64,000 nt of DNA, from contig OX597815.1 in NCBI GenBank assembly GCA_951406725.2, positions 187,302,001 to 187,366,000 of the forward strand. Direction: 5' to 3'. Numbering within the stretch: position 1 is the first letter of the stretch; each line of letters begins with the position of its first letter. A program made the position numbers and the translations under genes. Under the pieces are notes generated by a model that saw nothing but the letters and a program-made list of their open reading frames with translations, was not told the origin of the DNA and searched no databases. Shown here piece by piece: positions 50,321 to 64,000 of this stretch. The DNA is from Octopus vulgaris (Eukaryota).

Positions 50321-51639
50321 ACAAAATCATGTAGATATCTGAAGAAGATGATATCTTGATCAGAATATTCAAATCATTGATGACTAGACACGGTCACTTT
50401 ATTTATATAAACCGAAAGGAAAAGACTATCCCTGTGACACAGACCACATGCAATACTGTGGGGTTAAGTGAACTCAGCATGTTGATATAAATATATTTGA
50501 AAACCTGTAAACAAATTGTTCTTAAAGGTGTGGTCATTGATTCCTCTCCTGTAATCTGAAGGAAAGATGAGATGGGTATAGATGTAAATTAGTAATCATC
50601 AAAATACACTACTGTTATTATTTGCTATAAGAGCAGATAAGCTGTGGAGTACATGAACAATGTTCATTGTATGTTCTATGAACCTAGGTTTTGAAAGGAA
50701 ATTCTGTTTGTCAATCTAATGCTGTTCGGCTAGAATAATGGATAAATAAATGATAATTGAACCATTCCTTTTTGACTAAACCTTGTTAAAAATGGGAAAA
50801 TAGATATCTTAGAGCTATTAATTGCATGACAGGAAGAAGATACATATTGCCTTCCATTATCTTTTAGTATAATTTTCACATCTCCCCCACTTTGAACTTG
50901 TGAATATAATAACAGTTTTGCTATAATTTTCTTTTAACTATCATTAAGTTTTGCAATAATACTGGGCTACTCTAGCCTTCTTACAGAGTTTGTAACTTAA
51001 GCAAAAAATCATTTTCTACCATCAGGTTCCTAGGATCCAAATTTGTAAACAGAAGGCTCATATAAAACAGATGGAGTATGTGACCTTGAATGACACTATG
51101 TGTGGAAGCATGTTCTAGAGAATTTCTGTTGATAAAACGATCGTGTATTTTAAGTTATATTACATATACCAGAAGTAGGTGATGCTGAAAAGTTTCATAA
51201 GAAAATATAATCCCCATGAAGATTAAAGGAAGCAACCTGTGATATTGAGCATAAAAAAAAACCCCAAATCATTTGATTGTCTTGGAATATGATTACTGTT
51301 TGTTTTCATTGAAGGACATCATGAAAACAAGTTGCAGTGAATTGAGACAGTTCTGATCAATTCAAATGGCTAATTTATAACTAAGCATAAAGGAGAGATG
51401 GTGTCAAAATAAATGATGGATTTATTTTACGTCAGACATGAGCTAAATTCCAGTATATACTAAATGAAATGTCTTATGTACCACTCACAATAAATATAGG
51501 TGTCAGCATGGGCATGTGGTTATGAAGTTTGTTTTGAAATTATGTAGTTACACTGTGTGACACCTTGGATAACTGCCTTGGTCTGATCAGTACCTTGAGA
51601 GCGAAATTTGGTTGACAGAATCTATCACTGAGGTTGACC

Positions 51640-51790
51640 CAAATTCCACTGAGGTCGACTTTGCCTTTCATCCTTTCAGGTCGATAAATTAAGTCCCGGT
51701 TACGCACTGGGGGGTCGATGTAATCAACTTAATCCCTTTGTCTATCCTTGTTTGTCCCCTCTATGTTTAGCCCCTTGTGGGCAATAAAGA
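51640..51790 (+). mobile_element. SINE family B (5'-truncated) inside a decayed family A head
   Basis: gaggtcgactttgcctttcatcctttc...gtgggcaataaaga. Confidence 0.85.
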
Positions 51791-52592
51791 GATGAGAAGC
51801 TATACAGAAGCCTGTTTTTTTGTGTGAATGGTTGCTTTTCATGTGTTTTTACATTGAAATTGTTTGAGCAATGGTGATGTTTATGTTCTTTGTATATAAT
51901 GCTCCACAAGCTGATGGCTTCTTCAGTTTTGACATGTGAAGCCCAGTAGAATAAGAATAATTTCAAACTTGAAAAAGAAGGTTTGGCAACACATGAAAGG
52001 TATCTGACCATAAAATACTACCTTAGTAATATTTGTTCAGGTTATGTCTTCATAGAAAAAGTGGGCATAAAAATGATAATAATGTGAAAATGTTTGTTTC
52101 CATTATTTCTTTAATATTTCAACATAGACAGAATATTGTCTACTATAGGACAAAAATTCTGATTTTGAAGATAAATAAAAACACAAAAATATAGTCATTT
52201 GTAATTTCTTTGGAAGATAAATATTTGCTGGCAGCCGTTGATTTATTTGGAAAACTTTAATTCTCCCAAATGCATTTATTATTAATCTGATTACAAAATA
52301 CTGGAAAAGGAAAATGAAATCAAAAAACTCTAGAAGGAAGAAGAAAGAAGTATCTACAAAACAGATACAGCATCAGTATTACTGATAGTGTTATGATAAG
52401 TACTAATGACACCAAGCCAGAAGTTAAATACAAACATTATAGTTTGAACGATAAGTATTAATACTAATAATTTTATAGTATTTGTATGTAGATATATGTT
52501 TAGACTAACACAATTATGTATGTGAATGTATTTGTGAGTCTATTCTTGTGTTTATAAGATTTAGTATTTCACTTCCTTGTCTGCACATGTTT

Positions 52593-52630
<38 letters not shown>

Positions 52631-53739
52631 AACTTCATATAGAAAATTATGAAAATAATTATCTTTTGATTACCAATTTTATTTTTAAAATTCTTTGAAC
52701 TAATTCTTAGATTTTGACCTTGAGTCTTTTATGCTGTCTATTGAATTTGGCATTCATTCTCTCATGAAAGTTATTAATATTTTGGATTTTTTTTCAACCA
52801 TTTTCATGCTGCTTCAAAAGTTTTCTTATATAGTCTATAATTTTTTAGATGCTTCAGCTATACAGTGTCCACTTAAAACAACTAACACGTTCATTTTCAT
52901 ACATAACAAAACATGTAAGCTAGACTTGGCTTGAAAATCACAATTTTTGTATCTTAATTGCTCTCATCTGTTTGTTATTGAGACTTTATCTTCAAGACCA
53001 ATTAAATTTGAAGAAACCATATATATTCAGTTCTAAATATGTAAGATGAGCTGAGAACATTTAAGCTGAAAAGTGACTGAGCACTGAAAGCATTGATTAC
53101 TCTATGTTGAAGAGATAACTGTTCGTATGGACATATAAATTAGATATATGATGTAGGAGGGTTAAGAGGTGTTTACATTATAGAAAAACCAAAAAAGAAA
53201 AAAAAAGTTGAAATAGTTCTGACTGAAGAATGATGAACCTTATAGATTGACTTATACCAGATGGAATTGTTTGGAGTAATCCATTGCAGACCATTCCAAT
53301 ACATACTAGAAAAACAATAATAGTAACAGTGATGATAAAAATAAATTACATTAAGTATTGGTTGTTAGTAATTCTGTGTTTGTGGTGTGCATGCGTGTAT
53401 GATTGCACTTGAATACTAGCGAGTCTCATAATGAATTAGCTCATAGGTAAGCTGGATTAAGACTCTAAGAGGTCCTAAGTACTTAGAAGATTTTGCTGTC
53501 CTCATATATATGTAATTCAAAATATAAACAATTATAAACCATAAAATAAATTTTGATGTTCAAAATGAAACAAAACTAACAGTAAAATGGAAAATGTTTA
53601 TTTTTGTATTTTTCCACTTAATTTATATTTGTATTTGTAAAATTTTTTCCTACATTTTATTTTTTAATTGCAAAGTCTTTGATCAGATTCTCACTATGAC
53701 ACCATGAACACTTTGAAATTATATTTTCAATCATATAAG

Positions 53740-54095
53740 CATCATCATCATTTAATGTCTGTTGTCCATGCTGGCATGGGTTTGACAGTTTGATTGGGCT
53801 GGCAAGCTGGAAGGCTGCAGCAGACTCCAATCTAATTTGGCATGATTTCTATGCCTGGATACCCTTCCTTACACCAAAAGTGCAATGGGTGCTTTTACAT
53901 GCCACTGGCACACGTGCCATTTGCGTGACACCGGTATCTGCTATGACTGCAATTTTGCTTGGTTTGATGGGTCTTCTTCTTAAGCATGACTCAATGCCAA
54001 AGGTATCAGTCATTCCTCTATGAGGCCCAACACTCCAAAGGAACTCAGCCACTTTGCCTCCATGATCCCCAATGCTCGAAAGGTGTTCTGCCACT
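53740..54095 (-). mobile_element. SINE family C, diverged subfamily
   Basis: catcatcatcatttaatgtctg...ctggatacccttcct...gggtgcttttacatgccactggcac. Confidence 0.7.
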
Positions 54096-55115
54096 TTGAA
54101 TATTATTTTAGCAAGTTTAAAATGATTTCTTTTCTGCTATAAAACATTTACCATTTTTGTGGTGCTCCACTTCCCTTGATACCCCAAGCTCATGCTTATT
54201 ATGTTTCGTGGTTAATCCAACATTGCTCATAGGGGCATAACTGGAGGTGTTATCTCATTTTCATATGAGTTAGCCTGGTGATTCTCAATAGCTCTGAGAT
54301 GAATAAAAACTACATTGTAAGCTAAGAAAACAATCTTTAATTTTGCAGTATTCTGTTCCCTTACAGCTGTAAACTTTACCATGGTGAATAATATATTTAC
54401 AGCTGGGTGGATTAGATTGTCGAGGATTAAGTATCTTAGTCATGAAGGCAGGGTAGCACTTGCGACAGATTGTAAGCTATTAGCATTTTAACTAGATATT
54501 TGCAACATTGCTACCTACAGCTGTCTTGTGTAATTAGACATAAATATATGCATGTATAGGTAAAATCTCAAATAGCCTATAGTACTTATCTAGTTGCATC
54601 TAAATACAGGAGTTGATATAGGAGCACACATGTGCACACGTCCTTCTGCACACATGTTCTGATATGTATTCAGGCTTAAAATTAAACTATATCTTAAAAA
54701 TTATCATAATTGATCAGCTCTTCTTGCACTTTGCTATGCATGAGGTAGTTACATGCTATTGCAGTTCTCTGTCTCTTCATATCAATTCATTATCTGTTTA
54801 ATCAAGTAGAAATCTCTTTCTGCTGTTTGATATCAATTTATTTTGAGACTTCATCCAGTTACATGAAGATTCAGTGCATGGTATAGCTAAATATAGATAT
54901 TATTTCATATGGTTACCGTATATTAGTTGCTGTTGAGTTGATCTCCATATTTTATGCCTTGTATTTTTCTGAAATAATTCTGGAAAAAGGTATGTCATCC
55001 TCTTCATCATCATCAAGCGTCTGTTCTCCATGGGTTAGGTAGTTAGTCTGAAACTGGTAAGCCGGAGAGCTGTTTGAGGCTCTAGTAGTAACTTTAATAT
55101 ATTCATTCTCAATTA

Positions 55116-55560
55116 AGGCGACAAGCTGGCAGTATCATTACTGCGCTCGGCAAAATGCATAGTGGCATTTCATCTGTCTTTGTGTTCATCATCATCATTG
55201 TTTAACGTCTTTTCCATGCTAGCATGGGCTGGATGGTTCGACCGGGGTCTGGGAAGCCAGGAGGCTGCACCAGGCTCCAGTCTGATCTGGCAGTGTTTCT
55301 ACAGCTGGATTCCCTTCCTAACGCCGACCACTCTGTGAGTGTAGTGGGTGCTTTTTATGTGCCACCGGTACATGTGCCAGGGGAGGCTGGCAGCGGCCAC
55401 AATCGGTTGGTGCTTTTTACTTGCTTAATTTCACTAGGGTTGACTTTGCCTTTCATTCTTTCAGGATCAATGAAATAAGCTCCAGTTGAGTAATAGAATC
55501 AATGTAATCGACTTATCTCCCGCCTCGAAATTGCTGGCCTTGTACCAAGATTTGAAACCA
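55116..55560 (+). mobile_element. SINE family B with a family C copy (55187-55420, -) inserted
   Basis: Head ggcgacaagctggcag at 55116; the body resumes with gggttgactttgcctttcatt at ~55436. Flanking repeat attcattctcaat. Confidence 0.8.
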
Positions 55561-55658
55561 ATAAAATTCATTCTCAATGTGCTCCAGCAGATTCAAATGT
55601 GAATATTGGATTACTGATTTTTTTTTTTTTTGTCATTAGAAAACATCTTCCTTTAAAC

Positions 55659-56051
55659 CAGTAGTTCTCAACCATTTTTCTTTTTAACCTACATACCCCT
55701 TTCTTCGTTATTTTATTCTTGAGATCCCCTTAGCCATTCCATGTTTATAAACTAGTTTTATAGATACTTCTTTCAAAATTCCTATTTTGATTTTCATACA
55801 TTCACTTGTATAGGTTCACAATAATACTCTCTGAGAGAACATATCTCAGGAGTTGAAAGCATGTTAAACTATGTAAAATGTTAGAGAAAGAAACATCCCA
55901 GTTTCTTACAATAAATACACTGACAGCAAAATTTTTACATGGACCCTTAAAATACTACTGAGGATCTCTAATTTATATTTTTGCTAGTGTGGCCCATCAG
56001 AAATCTTGTATCAGCCTCGGGGATCACATGAACCTTAGTTGAGAATCACTG
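55659..56051. mobile_element. hAT (Charlie-like) MITE
   Basis: Termini cagtagttctcaac ... gttgagaatcactg; the TSD is degenerate. Confidence 0.6.
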
Positions 56052-57147
56052 CTTAAGGCAATGTGTATTCATATCACTCATGATTCACTGGCAGAGGGGA
56101 ACTTTGGGACATTGCAGTGTCTTGACCTTATTTCATGTTTCCTCAGTCGAGGCTAACCCATGGACTGATGAATCTAACAAGAGTATAGACCACTGGATTA
56201 ACCTTTAAGCGAAATAAGTATGTGCTTAGTGCATCAAAGGAAGTGGTGGCGAAATGATAAATGGTTTATGACACAAAAGAAATCACTTTCAATTTGTTAA
56301 AATAATATTTGGGATGCCTTATCTCATATCTAAGTATAGATGCAGATGTGTTATGTTAGATTAAATATGAGGATCTCATCAAAGACTTGGCAATTAAAAC
56401 AAGTAGGAGAAAACTTTTCAAATATAAATAAAGTGGAAGTATACAAAAATAAACATTTCCCATCTTATTGTTAGTTTTGTTTCATTTTGTAAAACAAAAA
56501 TTTATTTTATGGTTTATTATTGTTTATATTTTGAATTACATATACATGGAAGCAGCAAAATCTTTTTAAGTGTTCAGGGTCTCTATGAGTCTTAATCCAG
56601 CCCTGAGTGCCGGCTTTTGTTTATAGTAATACACAAACAAATTACTTGCAGATACATGCTGAACTTCCACTGAGGAGTCACAATAAAGTCGAAACATTGT
56701 GCATATGTTATGAATACATGTTGAAAGGGAAATGTTTTCTCATGGTGAAAGTCAACAATAATCAGAGGTGAATGTTTGAATCTGTCAGATCATATGGAGA
56801 ACAAATAAATAAGTTATTGTTTGGATTCTTGCTATTCATATGTAACTTTCCTTTTCATTTTCTCATACTGAAAGTATGTTTTTTTATGGTTTGATCATAT
56901 TCCTGCAAAGGTGGAGTATTTTTTACTTTTTAAAAATTGTTATTAGTTATACAAAACAGTGTTATAGTAGCTAGTATCTTAGGAGTCCAACAACATAAAT
57001 TCACTTCCATTGTACCTCATAGTGGTTTAATTAGCTAGTGTAATTGTCAGGTTTCACTGTTATAAAATTGTGTATGAAAGAATACAGGAAAAAAATTCAG
57101 TAAACCAATAAATGTATAACTTCTCACAATATAAAAACATTTCTTGA

Positions 57148-57325
57148 GGCACCAGCAGACAGAATGGAAAGGCTGTTGTTCCATGTGATAGTGAGGGAGA
57201 TGTTCTGGAACAGTCACTCTGATTTGCAGAGCTTGCTACATGTAGACAGCAGTCTCTGCCCTGATAGCAGTGAGCAGGGATATGGTCCAGGGACCAAGAA
57301 TGCCAGAGGTCTCAACAAGAGCAAC
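57148..57325 (-). mobile_element. CRE-clade non-LTR retrotransposon RLE C-terminal relic
   Basis: VETSGILGPWTISLLTAI/QRLLS...SE*LFQNISLTITWNNSLSILSAG, matching the CRE motif PVAVETxGxxG...WLFQRISLAIxRGNAxSIL. Confidence 0.7.
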
Positions 57326-58390
57326 TGAGCTTTAGTGCAGATGACATTCATAGAAAATAAAAACTGAATTTTTCTTGAAGCCATTTTTCTTGAAGCAATG
57401 GAAGTAAAATAATTTTTATCATTGATCAGTTTGTGCTTTTCTCTTGTGTTTGAGGAGCTAGGACAAAAAACACATTTACTATAGCTGTCCCCATTTAAAG
57501 CTTTGATGCTTTTGATTGTTGACAGGTTTTTTTTTGTAAACTATTGAACTTTTGCCTTCTCTAGAACAATGAATTTGATCATGAGGGAGTGGTAGTAATT
57601 TTTCCTACAATTATCTTTATTATTATTATTATTTTAGGTTGTTGCTAGTTTCATCTATTTTGTTCAGGAAAGTGATAAAAAATTTACTGGGATGGGAGTA
57701 AGATTAATAATCATTCATTTTTAGGCTTTACACCAAGGCATTTTCTGTATTGGAAGGAAAACAATATCCTGATACTACCAGTAGTTTTGGGGGTGATTAA
57801 AATTATATCAATTTATATCATGTCTACTGTTATACTATTATCAGATTCAAGCTATTTGTAGCTTTTGAAATTATTGATGACATTGTTTATTTTCCTATTG
57901 TATTGAATGGGAGCATATGTGACAGTTACCAACCTGAACTGCATATTTTTAGGTTTGTTGAGTTTTCTCTATTTAATTGCTTTAATCCATTTTCTCCCTC
58001 ACTGATTTCGACCTTGTTCTTAGTGATTTCAAATAGTTTGATTGTTTGGTTGATGAGTCACATATCACTGCTTGCTTTTTCCTAACCACTCCTATCTGAT
58101 TCTTTCCTGAGCAGAGAGATATCTACTACAGACCTATTGGTAGTAAGCCTTGAATTCAAAGACAATAGGGGGTCTTTTGAGAGATTTTTTGTGCTGTGCT
58201 ACAGTGAACTGCTCAGTTGAACAAGTGGAACATATTTAGCTGTATAATTAGGGGCTCAATGGTGATAAATCTGATAAAATCCACACAGTGAATGATTTAG
58301 GAGTTCTTCAATAGTTTTTTGTTATTTCAGTTTCATTTTTCTGTGTAATTATTTTGTCTCGTGACAAAAATGAACTATTTCTCAGTGATC

Positions 58391-58583
58391 TATTTCTTCC
58401 AGCCTGTAGCATTTGAGACATTTGGAGGGCTGGGCCGCTAATGATGACGTTCTTGTCATCGTTGGCGGTTTGCCTTACTGTGGTGATACCTGCGAGGGTG
58501 CTTGACTGTTCCAATGCTTTAGCCTCGCCATCACTTGTGGTAATGCTATGAGCATATTGGCTTGTTTCAGTAGGTTCTGTTGA
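58391..58583 (+). mobile_element. CRE-clade non-LTR retrotransposon RLE C-terminal relic
   Basis: YFFQPVAFETFGGLG/MTFLSSLAVCLTVV/GDTCEGA*LFQCFSLAITCGNAMSILACF; the R-to-C changes are consistent with CpG decay. Confidence 0.8.
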
Positions 58584-58730
58584 GCCTTGTGGTGTATGAC
58601 CAGTTGAGGCACTTGGTGTTAAATTTTTTTTCCTTTTCTCCTTTTTTGTTTTTTCTCCTTTTTTGTTTTTCCTTTCCTTGTTCCTCTTTTTTTCCACTTT
58701 TTTCTCCTGGTTTTAGATTTATATTTTTAA

Positions 58731-58942
58731 CCCTTTTGCTACCATATTTCTGTTGAGATGTTCTGTGTTTCTTTCAATTGATTTTCAATATAATTAAGAA
58801 TTTAGTAAAATAGCTTAGTTATCATTAAGCTAGTGTTAGGAACATAAATTTTGATTCAGATTTGGTGGAAGATTTTCGTTCAGAACAGGACATTTGTATT
58901 ACAGAGCAAGAGGTGGTTTCAGACGGGTTGGTATCAAAAGGG
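58731..58942. mobile_element. piggyBac-like MITE
   Basis: TTAA on both sides; TIR cccttttgctacca / tggtatcaaaaggg (13 of 14 match). Confidence 0.85.
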
Positions 58943-59814
58943 TTAATGTGGTTTTGTATTATATATGTATCATATACCTATATGTATCATATTCCAATAA
59001 AGTACACTATAGATTAACTGAAAAAAAAGCAAAAATTAAAAAAAAGGTTAAAAGACATTATGGAGACTTTCTGAAGAGAAATAAGTGAAAAATAATCAGA
59101 TTGGCCACCCCATGTGGATATTCTTTCTCTTGTTTCAATCACTTGACTATAGACAGGCCTTGAAGGGTTTCAGTTGATAACGTCAATGTCAGTACTAACT
59201 TTATGTATGGTACTTATTTTAGCAATCTCTATTTATCAAACCCCTAAGTTGCAGAACATAAACAGACATTTCCTTTGTTTTTAAATGGTGCCAGTATAAA
59301 GAACATAACCGTAACTAGTGCACACATATATATATATGTGTGTGGGCATCTACCCACCTATCTGTTTGTACACACACACACACACACTTTCTCTCTCTGT
59401 CTCTCTCTCCTTCTCCAGATGAAATCCTGTACAATTTCTTTCTACTAACTTCACTCACAAGGCATGGGTTGGCCTGAGGCCACAGTGGACGGCACTTGCC
59501 CTGTGAACTTCATTCCCCACAGCCATGTCTGAACCATCTTCACTGTCAAATATGTTAGTCATAGGTATATTATCTATTTATTATTCAAAAATATAATAAT
59601 TTCATTATTGTCATATCATTAAATTAGGGTATCATGAAAAGCCTGGCTGGAGGCCCAACCTTCCAAGTTCTTTTACAGGGCTTAGAAAAACTGAAGGACC
59701 ACTGCAATAAGTATGTGAATGTGAGAAGGGGAATACTCTGCATAAAATCCTAATTACCTGATTCTCCTGCAATTTCTTTTACCCAAAGCCAAGAACTTTT
59801 CAACATTCCTTCGT

Positions 59815-59974
59815 ATGAGCGGCTGTGTGGTAAGTAGCTTGCTTACCAATCACATGGTTCCGGGTTCAGTCCCACTGCATAGCACCTTGAGCAAATGTCT
59901 TCTATTATAGCCTTGGGCTAACCAAAGCCTTGTGAGTGGATTTGGTAGATGGAAACTGAAAGAAGCCCATCGTA

Positions 59975-60019
<45 letters not shown>

Positions 60020-60215
60020 ATGTGTTTGTCCCCCCAACATCGTTTGACAACCGATGATGGCGTGTTTACGTCCCCGTAACTTAGTGGTTTGGCAAAAGAG
60101 ACCGATAGAATAAGTACTAGGCTTACAAGGAATAAGTCCTGGGGTCAATTTGCTCAACTAAAGACGGTGCTCCAGCATGGCCACGGTAACATGACTGAAA
60201 CAAGTAAAAGAGAGA
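59815..60215 (+). mobile_element. SINE family A, near full length
   Basis: ggctgtgtggtaagtagcttgcttacc...atgactgaaacaagtaaaagag. A decayed opposite-strand copy lies at ~59125-59530. Confidence 0.92.
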
Positions 60216-62371
60216 GAGTATCTAACAGATGAAATGTTGGCTTCTTCTATATTCTTGGCTAATGTCTCAACAGAAAGTCAAAAGCAACTCATAAACTCAC
60301 TTTCTCAATGACCTGTCTGGAGCAAAGCTAACATCGTTCTTAAATTTGGCCAATTTTTGATTTCCTGGTGCATTATCATACACTTTGAATAAACAAACTC
60401 TAACTAAATTCTTGGGTTACAAATTTGGAACTGCGAGAAACAAAGCAGAGTATTGTTAATTATGTAGTTTAATGTTCTATTACTGACGTTTATTGTCATA
60501 AAACAAAACTATTTCAATTAAATTTTTTCATTTTATTTTTTTTTTTAATTATATATCACTAAATTCATTTCATTAAAATCAATGTTATCAAAAAATGTAC
60601 AAACATAAGTTTTATCATTTCCAGAACATATTCAAATAAGTAATTATGAAATAAGAATTAAACTGGAATATTAGTCTGATATAAACACAATTTGTCTTTA
60701 TATCTAATAGGCTATTTGATTTTTTTTTTATTTAGTTTTGAAAACAGCTTCATAGTATTGTTATTTTTTTAACCAGAGCTTTAACAATTTACAAGTAAAA
60801 ATTAAGTTGTAGTTGCCAACAGATATATTAATTTTAGAAAGAATTCAGTGCAAAGTAGTTATATTCACCGCACATGTTTATTGGTATGTCATATAATTTG
60901 TGGAGTTAGATAAATAGCGTGAAGGAAATATAAACAAATACAACAGCAAATTGAACAAGTAATTCTTTGTCAAATATTGAAAGAAACATAGAACTTGTGG
61001 AAATAAATACATAAATGGCTGCTGAATGTTAATAAAAAAAAAAAATTACAAAAAAAATAACCATGCTTCTGAGAACAAGATTATGGAAGATTAAATTAAC
61101 TTCATTGATAACTTAAAATTACAAAACAGAATATTTATGGAATTTTGGAAAATTGAATGTCTTATTGATCGATTGATGTTGATGATGTATTTATATTGTA
61201 CTGCTTTTTTCTCTATTAGTCTATCTTAACTCATAAAGCACTGGGAATTGCACTTACATAGCATAGACTTCTGAGCACATTTTATGAAAATGAGACTACC
61301 ATGCACACATAAAAAACAAAAAAGTAGTTTAAATATCTTAGTATATAATGGTGGCAAGTTTTACATAATCTGAAAAGTCACTAGTTGAACTATTAATCCT
61401 CTTGCATTCTGGTGGATATCGGAGCATTTGAGTGACATTAGACCCCAACAAACACCCATAAATTAAATGCATCTATCTGGGCCACGATTGCGGCCTGTTG
61501 ACCTGTGACGGCCACGATCATGACCCGTTGCGCTTTGTGTTAATAGTGGTGTCGGAGTACTGTTCTTAACATGTTATTTTAGCTTGAGGAAATGAAATTC
61601 TAGGTCTGTGTTTGTGTGTGTATGTGGGGTGGGTAGGTGTATGTGTTTGTTTCTTTTTAAAGTATGAAATTTCCCAAAGACTATTGAAAGTGTATCCTAT
61701 ATTTTGTGAGCATAATTTTTCATGCATCTTTCCCCATGACCAAAGCTAGCTTATACTTATGTAAGATGGAACGAGATTCTTAGATAATGAGATAATGATT
61801 GGAATAAGTAAGTTAAGGAAGACAGGAACTAAAGCATTAATCGTTTTAGGGATCAACATTTTCTTTAAAGCTTATTACTCATTTATTGGCATATTTCTCA
61901 CAAGTAATAGCACTAAACACCATTGTTGTGTATTTAGATTGCAATAATTAATATTGGAAATTAAACTCAAAAGAATGGAATTCCTTCAGTTCTCTTATAT
62001 TTTCAGGTTGAGATTTTGACAGCTTGGATGCTCTATTAGAAAGAGATGAAATCTGTTACTCCGTGAAAGAATAATGTTCAATAGAGATGTGAGAAGTTTA
62101 AGGAAACTACTTCTTTCTTTTGGTAACTGAATCTTTCTCCCTTTCCAATGTAAAGCAGATTATATGCGGTACATGAGTCATGCCATGTGACAAAATAAAG
62201 AGTTGTGAATGCTGCGGGTTTGTAGTGATTAGTGGGGACAACTTAGATGTGCTGTGATATTTTGTGCTTTTGAAGCAGTTACTCTGTGATTTAAAATGTA
62301 TAGGAAAAACACTCTATTATGAACTTGTCATGTTGATGTTAATACAAAAAAACTTGTCATAATAAATACAT

Positions 62372-62590
62372 TGGTTTCAAATTTTTGCACAAAGCCAGCA
62401 ATCTTTTATGGAAGGTGGCTTGGTGATTACATTGACTCTAATGCTCAACTGGTACTTATTTTATCCACCATGAAAGGATGACAGGTGAAGTTAACCTTGG
62501 CAGTATTTTAACTCAGAATGTAAAGCTGGTAGAAATGCCATAAAGTATTTTGTTTGGTATGCTAATGATTCTGCCAGCTTGCCACCTTCC
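62372..62590 (-). mobile_element. SINE family B (diverged)
   Basis: ggtttcaaatttttgcacaaagccagcaa...ctggtacttattttatc...ttctgccagcttgccacc. Confidence 0.8.
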
Positions 62591-62604
62591 TAATAGTTAT
62601 AATG

Positions 62605-62960
62605 TGGATGTGTAATGGCCCTGTGGTTAGGGCAGTCATAAGATGGTGGTTTTGATTCCCAGACTGGGCATTGTGAGTGTTTATTGAACAAAAAAACATC
62701 TAAAGCTCCATGAAGCTCTGGCAGGGGTGGTGGCGAACCCTGCTGTACTCTTTCACCACAACTTTCTCTTACTCTTTCTTCCTGTTTCTGTTGTACCTGT
62801 ATTTCAAAAGGGCCACCTTGTCACGCTGAATCTCCCAGTTAAGGGTACACATGTCTGTGGAGTGCCCAGCCACTTGCACATTAATTTCAGGAGCAGGGTG
62901 TTCCGTTGATCAGATCAACTGGAACCCTCATTGTTGTAACTGAAGGGGTGCCATGACAAA
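62605..62960 (+). mobile_element. SINE family D
   Basis: taatggccctgtggttagggcag...taaagctcca...ctgtactctttcaccacaactttctct...(aat)n. Confidence 0.8.
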
Positions 62961-62980
62961 TAATAATAATAATAATAATA

Positions 62981-63180
62981 GTTTCGAATTCTGGCACATG
63001 GCCAGCAATTTCAGGGGAGGAGGTAAGTTGATTACATTGACCCCAGTGATTAACTTGTGTTTATTTTACCAACCCCAAAAAGATGAAACGTGGAGTTGAC
63101 CTTAGCAGAATTTGAACTCAGAAGTTAAAAACTGATGAAATTCCTCCAAATATGCTACTGATTCTACTAGCTCACTACCT
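62981..63180 (-). mobile_element. SINE family B (diverged)
   Basis: gattacattgaccccagtg...gttgaccttagcagaatttgaactcaga. Confidence 0.8.
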
Positions 63181-63229
63181 TCTTAATAATAATAATTTGT
63201 TATTAAATAATGCGGAGGCTTATTTCTTA

Positions 63230-63630
63230 TGGTGGCTGTGTGGTAAGTAGCTTGTTTACGAACTACATGGTTCTGGGTTCAGTCCCACTGTGTGACACCT
63301 TGGGCGAGTATCTTCTACTATAGCCTCAAGCCAACGAAAGCCTTGTGAGTGGATTTGGTAGATGGAAATTGAAAGAAGCCTGTCAGATATATGTATATAT
63401 ATATGTGTGTGTGTGTATGTTTGTGTGTGTGTTTGTCCCTCTAGCATCATTTGACAACCAATGCTAGTGTGTTTACGTCCCCGTAACTTAGCGGTTTGGC
63501 AAAAGAGACCGATAGAATAAGTACTAGGCTTACAAAGAATAAGTCCTGGGGTTGATGTGCTCGACTAAAAGCGGTGCTCCAGCATGGCCACAGTCAAATG
63601 ACTGAAACAATTAAAAGAGTAAAGAGAGTA
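63230..63630 (+). mobile_element. SINE family A, near full length
   Basis: gtggctgtgtggtaagtagcttg...ccagcatggccacagtcaaatgactgaaacaattaaaagag. Confidence 0.92.
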
Positions 63631-64000
63631 ATACAGTTGTTTTGCAGTTCTAGAAAGTATCAGCTAGGAACACATGCATATATGTGGGTATGGCAGAGGT
63701 TAACCTCAACCTGTATTGCGTCTTAGAGAACATTTATTACTGCCATTGGAGGATTTGAACCAAGCACTGCAAGCTTATGAAACATCAATTTTATAGTTTA
63801 GCTCATTTTAACTCAAAGCAATTGACTTCATCTCCCTTCTGTATCTGCCTAGATCTTTGTGTAGTTGGCCACTGAAAGTGAAACGACCATAGACATACAG
63901 CAATTTAGCTAACCATGCAGGCACATGCACACAATCACACAAACATGACATGAAATATCAATAAGTATAGACAGAAATAGACACAACACTTCAAATAATT

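Noticed and set aside
56665-56705. CTGAGGA...GAAAcattgt hammerhead-like motif
   Set aside because: The cleavage position is G and neither stem I nor stem II pairs; at best a very old relic.
58308-58697. 129-aa minus-strand ORF
   Set aside because: It is the antisense of the CRE relic plus a T-rich tract.
59815-59880. tRNA genes at SINE heads (also 4813, 49965, 63230)
   Set aside because: A/B boxes are present but there is no complete cloverleaf, and the sequence continues into SINE bodies.
62006-62130. Possible exon after a strong acceptor ttttcag (also at 34306)
   Set aside because: Early stop codons, no clear donor and no recognisable homology.

Overview
AT-rich, repeat-dense metazoan DNA, intronic or intergenic. 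The SINE families, the (TA)/(TG) microsatellite load and the LINE relics point to an octopod cephalopod (Octopus-like); this is inferred from repeat recognition, not from a database search. I found no intact protein-coding gene, rRNA, genuine tRNA or CRISPR array, and the long ORFs in the track are microsatellite or minisatellite artefacts. The window holds roughly 40 SINE copies of at least four families. It also holds 3' relics of RTE, CR1, I-group and CRE LINEs, a Merlin/IS1595-like transposase pseudogene, hAT, Merlin/MULE-like and TTAA MITEs, a non-autonomous Helitron and two minisatellite arrays. The strongest candidate for an undescribed system is a set of short 'hairpin + tail' elements sitting in (TA)n/(TG)n tracts. 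One family encodes a minimal type I hammerhead ribozyme fold, with a palindromic stem III and a GNRA stem II loop that varies between arms. Other notable structures are a multi-level nested transposon stack at 16.2-18.1 kb, a SINE whose internal repeat expanded into an inverted 32-bp array, two ~290-bp local duplications tied to SINEs, and a CpG-retaining domain at ~10.5-21 kb. Boundaries of degenerate repeats are approximate (read by eye).
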